Shown: piece by piece, positions 60,944-64,000 of the stretch
Layout of the letters: each line of letters starts with the position of its first letter
How positions within the stretch are numbered: the stretch's first letter is position 1
From: an uncultured Flavobacteriales bacterium
Lineage (GTDB): Bacteria; Pseudomonadota; Alphaproteobacteria; UBA8366; CAVOAK01
Direction of reading: 5' to 3'
Assembly (NCBI GenBank): GCA_964419045.1
Contig: CAYQNO010000019.1
Coordinates: 278,435-342,434, forward strand
Length of the DNA: 64,000 bases
Position numbers and translations under genes: made by a program
Notes under the pieces: model-generated
Told to the model about the DNA's origin: nothing
What the model saw: the letters and a program-made list of their open reading frames with translations, nothing else
The model's database searches: none

Positions 60944-61023
60944 GCGTAAGCTTCTCACGTGGTTGGAATAGAAGAGTACGGTTGAAATTTTAGGGAGTAC
61001 AATTAGGTATTCTTAAATTGTTC

Positions 61024-62394
61024 TTATCGTCGTCTCAGGCGTGTACTAATATCGACCAATGCGATTGCGCACAACAAAATCATAATCGGTTCAATAGGCA
61101 ATCGGTATTTCGGTGCAGCTACTGGTCCCATGATGAGGAGAAAGTACAGGAACATACTGACGCAATAAATTGCGGGCCAGGGCGCAAACCGGGAGAGTCG
61201 CAATAATCCCCAAAGCTGCAACACAAGTGTGATAGCAGAGCCAATAAAACCAAGGACCATTACTGTTATCCATAAAGGTGGTGAGGAATTCAACCATGCC
61301 AGTGTTCGTTCATATAATCCGCCTTCCGAACCAAGGAAGCTTAATTGTCTCTGACTGCGCATTCGAGACTCAACCGCTACCGCTGGGGCGGCAAGATTAA
61401 TCATCATGCCTTTTGTCCACGCACCGATTACCGGGCCGATCGGTTGCGATGAAAGTTGATGACGTGCAAAACTCGCGCGCCTGCTATCCTCTTGGAAAGC
61501 GTTCAGATGTTGTGGTGGATTGTCCCTCACCATTTTTGAATAATGCAATTGGATATCCGCTGACGCATCGTCGAAAGCTATTCCTTCGCCAAAAACGCTG
61601 ATCATTGGAACAACCCAATTTAGTAAATGATTACCACCTTGAGCTGTAAGGGAGACGGCCGAAAATTGGGTAATATTACGATAAAGAATTGGAGCCGCTG
61701 GTAACGCAGCGGCAATACAGAAGATCGATCCACACAATACCGCCTTTCGTAATCCCAACCCCCGTTGCCAGGCCACTACGATGATTACCGTTGCAAAAAT
61801 TGGCGGTAAAAACTGGATGATCGCGCGAGTCATCATTGCTAATCCGAACAGAAGGCCGATAACAAGTGCCAGTTTAGTATTTGGTCGTCTGAGATAACGT
61901 GTACAGAATAACAATGTGGCGGTAAGAAAAAATACAAATAGTGTATCAGTTAGCAGCATCACACTGTGTATTACTAGATTTGGCCAAATTGCTGCTAACA
62001 GACCTGATAGTAGAGCTACTATGCGGCCCATGGGGATGGCAATAAGTGTGATGAGAATAACAGTAGCCGAATCAATTATCGATTGTACTACTGCAACAAA
62101 TACGGGTGAGCTTCCTAAAGTTGTTCTCACGAGAGCAACAAATATCGGGTATAGCGGCACTCTCTCCGTTTCAGGGGAGAGGGTACCCGGTTCTCCTGCT
62201 ACGAACTGACCTGTGACTAATAGGTTTTGAGCAAGCTGAACAAAATAGGCAGAGTCTTCAGCTAACATAAGTGTTGTATCTTCAGACAACCAGAAGACAT
62301 AGGTAATTCGGATGGAAAGTGCTAGGAGAAATAAGAGAACTAATTCAGTTTTGGAAAGATCCGTTCTAGGGTCCATACTTTCGTTATTTGTCAT
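61024..62394 (-). CDS. GT-C fold glycosyltransferase (family 39 / ArnT-PMT_2-like)
   Basis: A polytopic membrane protein of about 455 aa with an early periplasmic-loop acidic motif (LAEDSAYF) and an ArnT-like layout. The ATG at 62394 is preferred to the TTG at 62424. Confidence 0.75.
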   Translation of the reverse strand: MTNNESMDPRTDLSKTELVLLFLLALSIRITYVFWLSEDTTLMLAEDSAYFVQLAQNLLVTGQFVAGEPGTLSPETERVPLYPIFVALVRTTLGSSPVFVAVVQSIIDSATVILITLIAIPMGRIVALLSGLLAAIWPNLVIHSVMLLTDTLFVFFLTATLLFCTRYLRRPNTKLALVIGLLFGLAMMTRAIIQFLPPIFATVIIVVAWQRGLGLRKAVLCGSIFCIAAALPAAPILYRNITQFSAVSLTAQGGNHLLNWVVPMISVFGEGIAFDDASADIQLHYSKMVRDNPPQHLNAFQEDSRRASFARHQLSSQPIGPVIGAWTKGMMINLAAPAVAVESRMRSQRQLSFLGSEGGLYERTLAWLNSSPPLWITVMVLGFIGSAITLVLQLWGLLRLSRFAPWPAIYCVSMFLYFLLIMGPVAAPKYRLPIEPIMILLCAIALVDISTRLRRR

Positions 62395-62858
62395 GGCGTC
62401 GCGCCGATTCGAGTAGGTGTGCAAACAGTGTAAAAGTTGCGCGTTAACCGCGTAAACTACAATGCTGACGGTGGGAATACATCTCTAATGAATAATTTAA
62501 GAAGCAATTTATATATTTGAAGATGAATATTAAGATTTTTCCGGACATAAATCCGTGGGACTCAATTTTTATCTGGAGGCGAGCTAATTGTCTTAAAATC
62601 TTAATTTTGTGATGCGGAGGAATACAGCTTTGGCCTGTTTAATGATGTGTAGGTTAAGCTTTATACTTGTTGTCCTGGTTTTCCGTAAGCTCACGATGGG
62701 GTGTGAGCTAAATGTTTTGGTCGAAATTTATTAGGTAACCCTTGCTTTTTTATTAATGAACAAGCCTACTGCGTTACGAGCAAATGAAATTGGTAGCCGC
62801 TTGTATTGTATGAATTTTGTCCGATACGGTTGGTATCTGCTTAAACTGGGATTAACGA

Positions 62859-63614
62859 ATGGGCGAGTTTGCCTCTACGTTTCTTTATCCACCGTTTTCA
62901 TTAGTGTGTTTGTTGACAGCCGGTCTGCTGGTTCGCAAATTTACGAGGTTCGGTCGAGCGGGACGAAAAATTGAGTTATTTGCAATTGGTGCGTTGTTAC
63001 TTACTGTCGTTCCACTCACCGGAAAATTGGCTCTTTTTCCCTTGTTGCACTCCGTACCTAGATGGCAAGAAGGCATTCAGGTGGGGGCCGTCGTCGTTCC
63101 AACTGCCGGGGCCTATACAGATATAGGGGGTCGGTGGCATCCGAGCTTTACATCGATTCAGAGGGTTACTTTAGCAGTTGAAATACAGTCAAGACTGCGA
63201 ATTCCTCTGCTCATCAGTGGAGGTAAACTAGGTAAAGGCGGAGTTTCAGAAGCAGGGGTAGTAGCCCAAAATATTGGACTCCTGCCCGATCAAGTATGGT
63301 TAGACGAAACTGCCCGGAATTCCCATGAAAATGCTCTGGTTATAGCCGATCAACTTCTGGAACTTAAAGTAAACAGAGTTCTACTTGTAACCTCGTTAAC
63401 TCATTTACCGCGGATGGCAGCATGTTTGCGTGCAGAAGGAGTTGAGGTTTATTCTGCCCCTGTACCGGTACCAGAGATCGAGAGATTTGGCTGGCAAGAC
63501 CTTATACCAAGCAACCGAGGCTTAGGATTATCCGTAGATGCAAGCAAGGTTTATGCTGGCCTATTTCTTTACTTTTTTCGCGGATGGATCACACCAGCCG
63601 ATTTGGTAGGCTAA
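62859..63614 (+). CDS. DUF218/YdcF(ElyC)-like envelope protein
   Basis: N-terminal TM segments, then PLLISGG..., ...TARNSHENA... and ...VLLVTSLTHLPRM, matching my memory of PF02698. Confidence 0.78.
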   Translation: MGEFASTFLYPPFSLVCLLTAGLLVRKFTRFGRAGRKIELFAIGALLLTVVPLTGKLALFPLLHSVPRWQEGIQVGAVVVPTAGAYTDIGGRWHPSFTSIQRVTLAVEIQSRLRIPLLISGGKLGKGGVSEAGVVAQNIGLLPDQVWLDETARNSHENALVIADQLLELKVNRVLLVTSLTHLPRMAACLRAEGVEVYSAPVPVPEIERFGWQDLIPSNRGLGLSVDASKVYAGLFLYFFRGWITPADLVG

Positions 63615-64000
63615 GGAAGAGACAAATATTGTTGTTACTTTTTTCCTATCTTGAGACGTGAAAGCGTACACAAAGATAATGTTGAATTTGAAGGTGTACG
63701 ATAAAACAAATATTAGAATGTCATAAAATTAAGCTTGACCTTTGTGTTCGTGCCGTGAACATTAGGGCTTGTTGAGACTTCAAACCCGTGGACATAGTTT
63801 TACCTCGGGTGCGGTAGCCGTTTTCAAACATTCACCGAAATAATTTAACTAATTTCCTTAGTGGCCGGGGGCTGCTTTGTCTTCAATCGATATGAAAACT
63901 GTTTCAAATTATTCAACACAAAATGTTGAACAAACTGAAACACAGCCGATGGAATCCCGGTTGATATTGTTCTTTGTTTCGCCGCGGATAATTGACTTCG

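Noticed and set aside
63850-64000. Partial ORFs at the right edge. One is on the plus strand from the ATG at 63892 (MKTVSNYSTQNVEQTETQPMESRLILFFVSPRIIDF...). The other is a minus-strand frame open from the window end to a stop near 63851.
   Set aside because: Both are open. Neither has an SD or recognisable motifs, and the window ends after about 36-49 codons, so I cannot decide which, if either, is real.

Overview
The window looks like a chromosomal segment of a moderately AT-rich, probably marine alphaproteobacterium. That taxonomic call rests on protein sequences and gene order only; nothing was searched. It splits into two parts.

Part 1, about 1-29.9 kb, is conserved housekeeping. It holds the 3' end of zapE, then mdh-sucCDAB-lpdA, xerC with its DUF484 partner, transaldolase and priA. 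These are followed by the F1 ATP synthase operon atpHAGDC and, on the minus strand, rppH, ctpA, an EnvC-like M23 activator, gpmI, rlmH, rsfS, nadD, proA, proB, obg, rpmA and rplU. Several starts in the supplied ORF track look too far upstream; I re-placed them using Shine-Dalgarno motifs and family N-termini.

Part 2, about 30-64 kb, looks accessory.
- A 1036-codon orphan secreted protein with a peptidoglycan-binding domain and coiled coils.
- A structured non-coding stretch with two terminator-like hairpins.
- tRNA-Ser(CGA).
- A secreted M23 peptidase.
- Two unrelated Fe(II)/2-oxoglutarate oxygenases flanking a carboxymuconolactone-decarboxylase-family gene.
- A fusion of MORN repeats to an S1 protease.
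- EamA, DUF1993 and GATase1 genes.
- A 1092-residue TPR-CHAT lipoprotein.
- A compact gene island of about 10 kb with no pathway I can name. It encodes RidA, an M24-like hydrolase, a two-domain PEP-synthase-like kinase, a UPF0261 protein translationally coupled to an SdhA/NadB-like flavoprotein, a D-2-hydroxyacid dehydrogenase, a Zn-ADH and a LeuA/HMGL-like enzyme.
- A MarR-EmrA-EmrB operon with a translationally coupled membrane SGNH hydrolase.
- A GT-C/ArnT-like glycosyltransferase and a DUF218 gene.

I saw no CRISPR array, transposase, phage gene, or integrase other than the housekeeping xerC.

The observations most worth following up:
- The orphan metabolic island at 46.5-56.2 kb.
- The two periplasmic proteases built on repeat scaffolds (MORN-S1 and TPR-CHAT).
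- A two-block upstream sequence of about 60 nt per block, duplicated in front of both peptidoglycan-directed exoprotein genes.
- The unassigned structured RNA region next to tRNA-Ser.

All functional calls come from motif recognition by eye and from memory of protein families. No database search was run.
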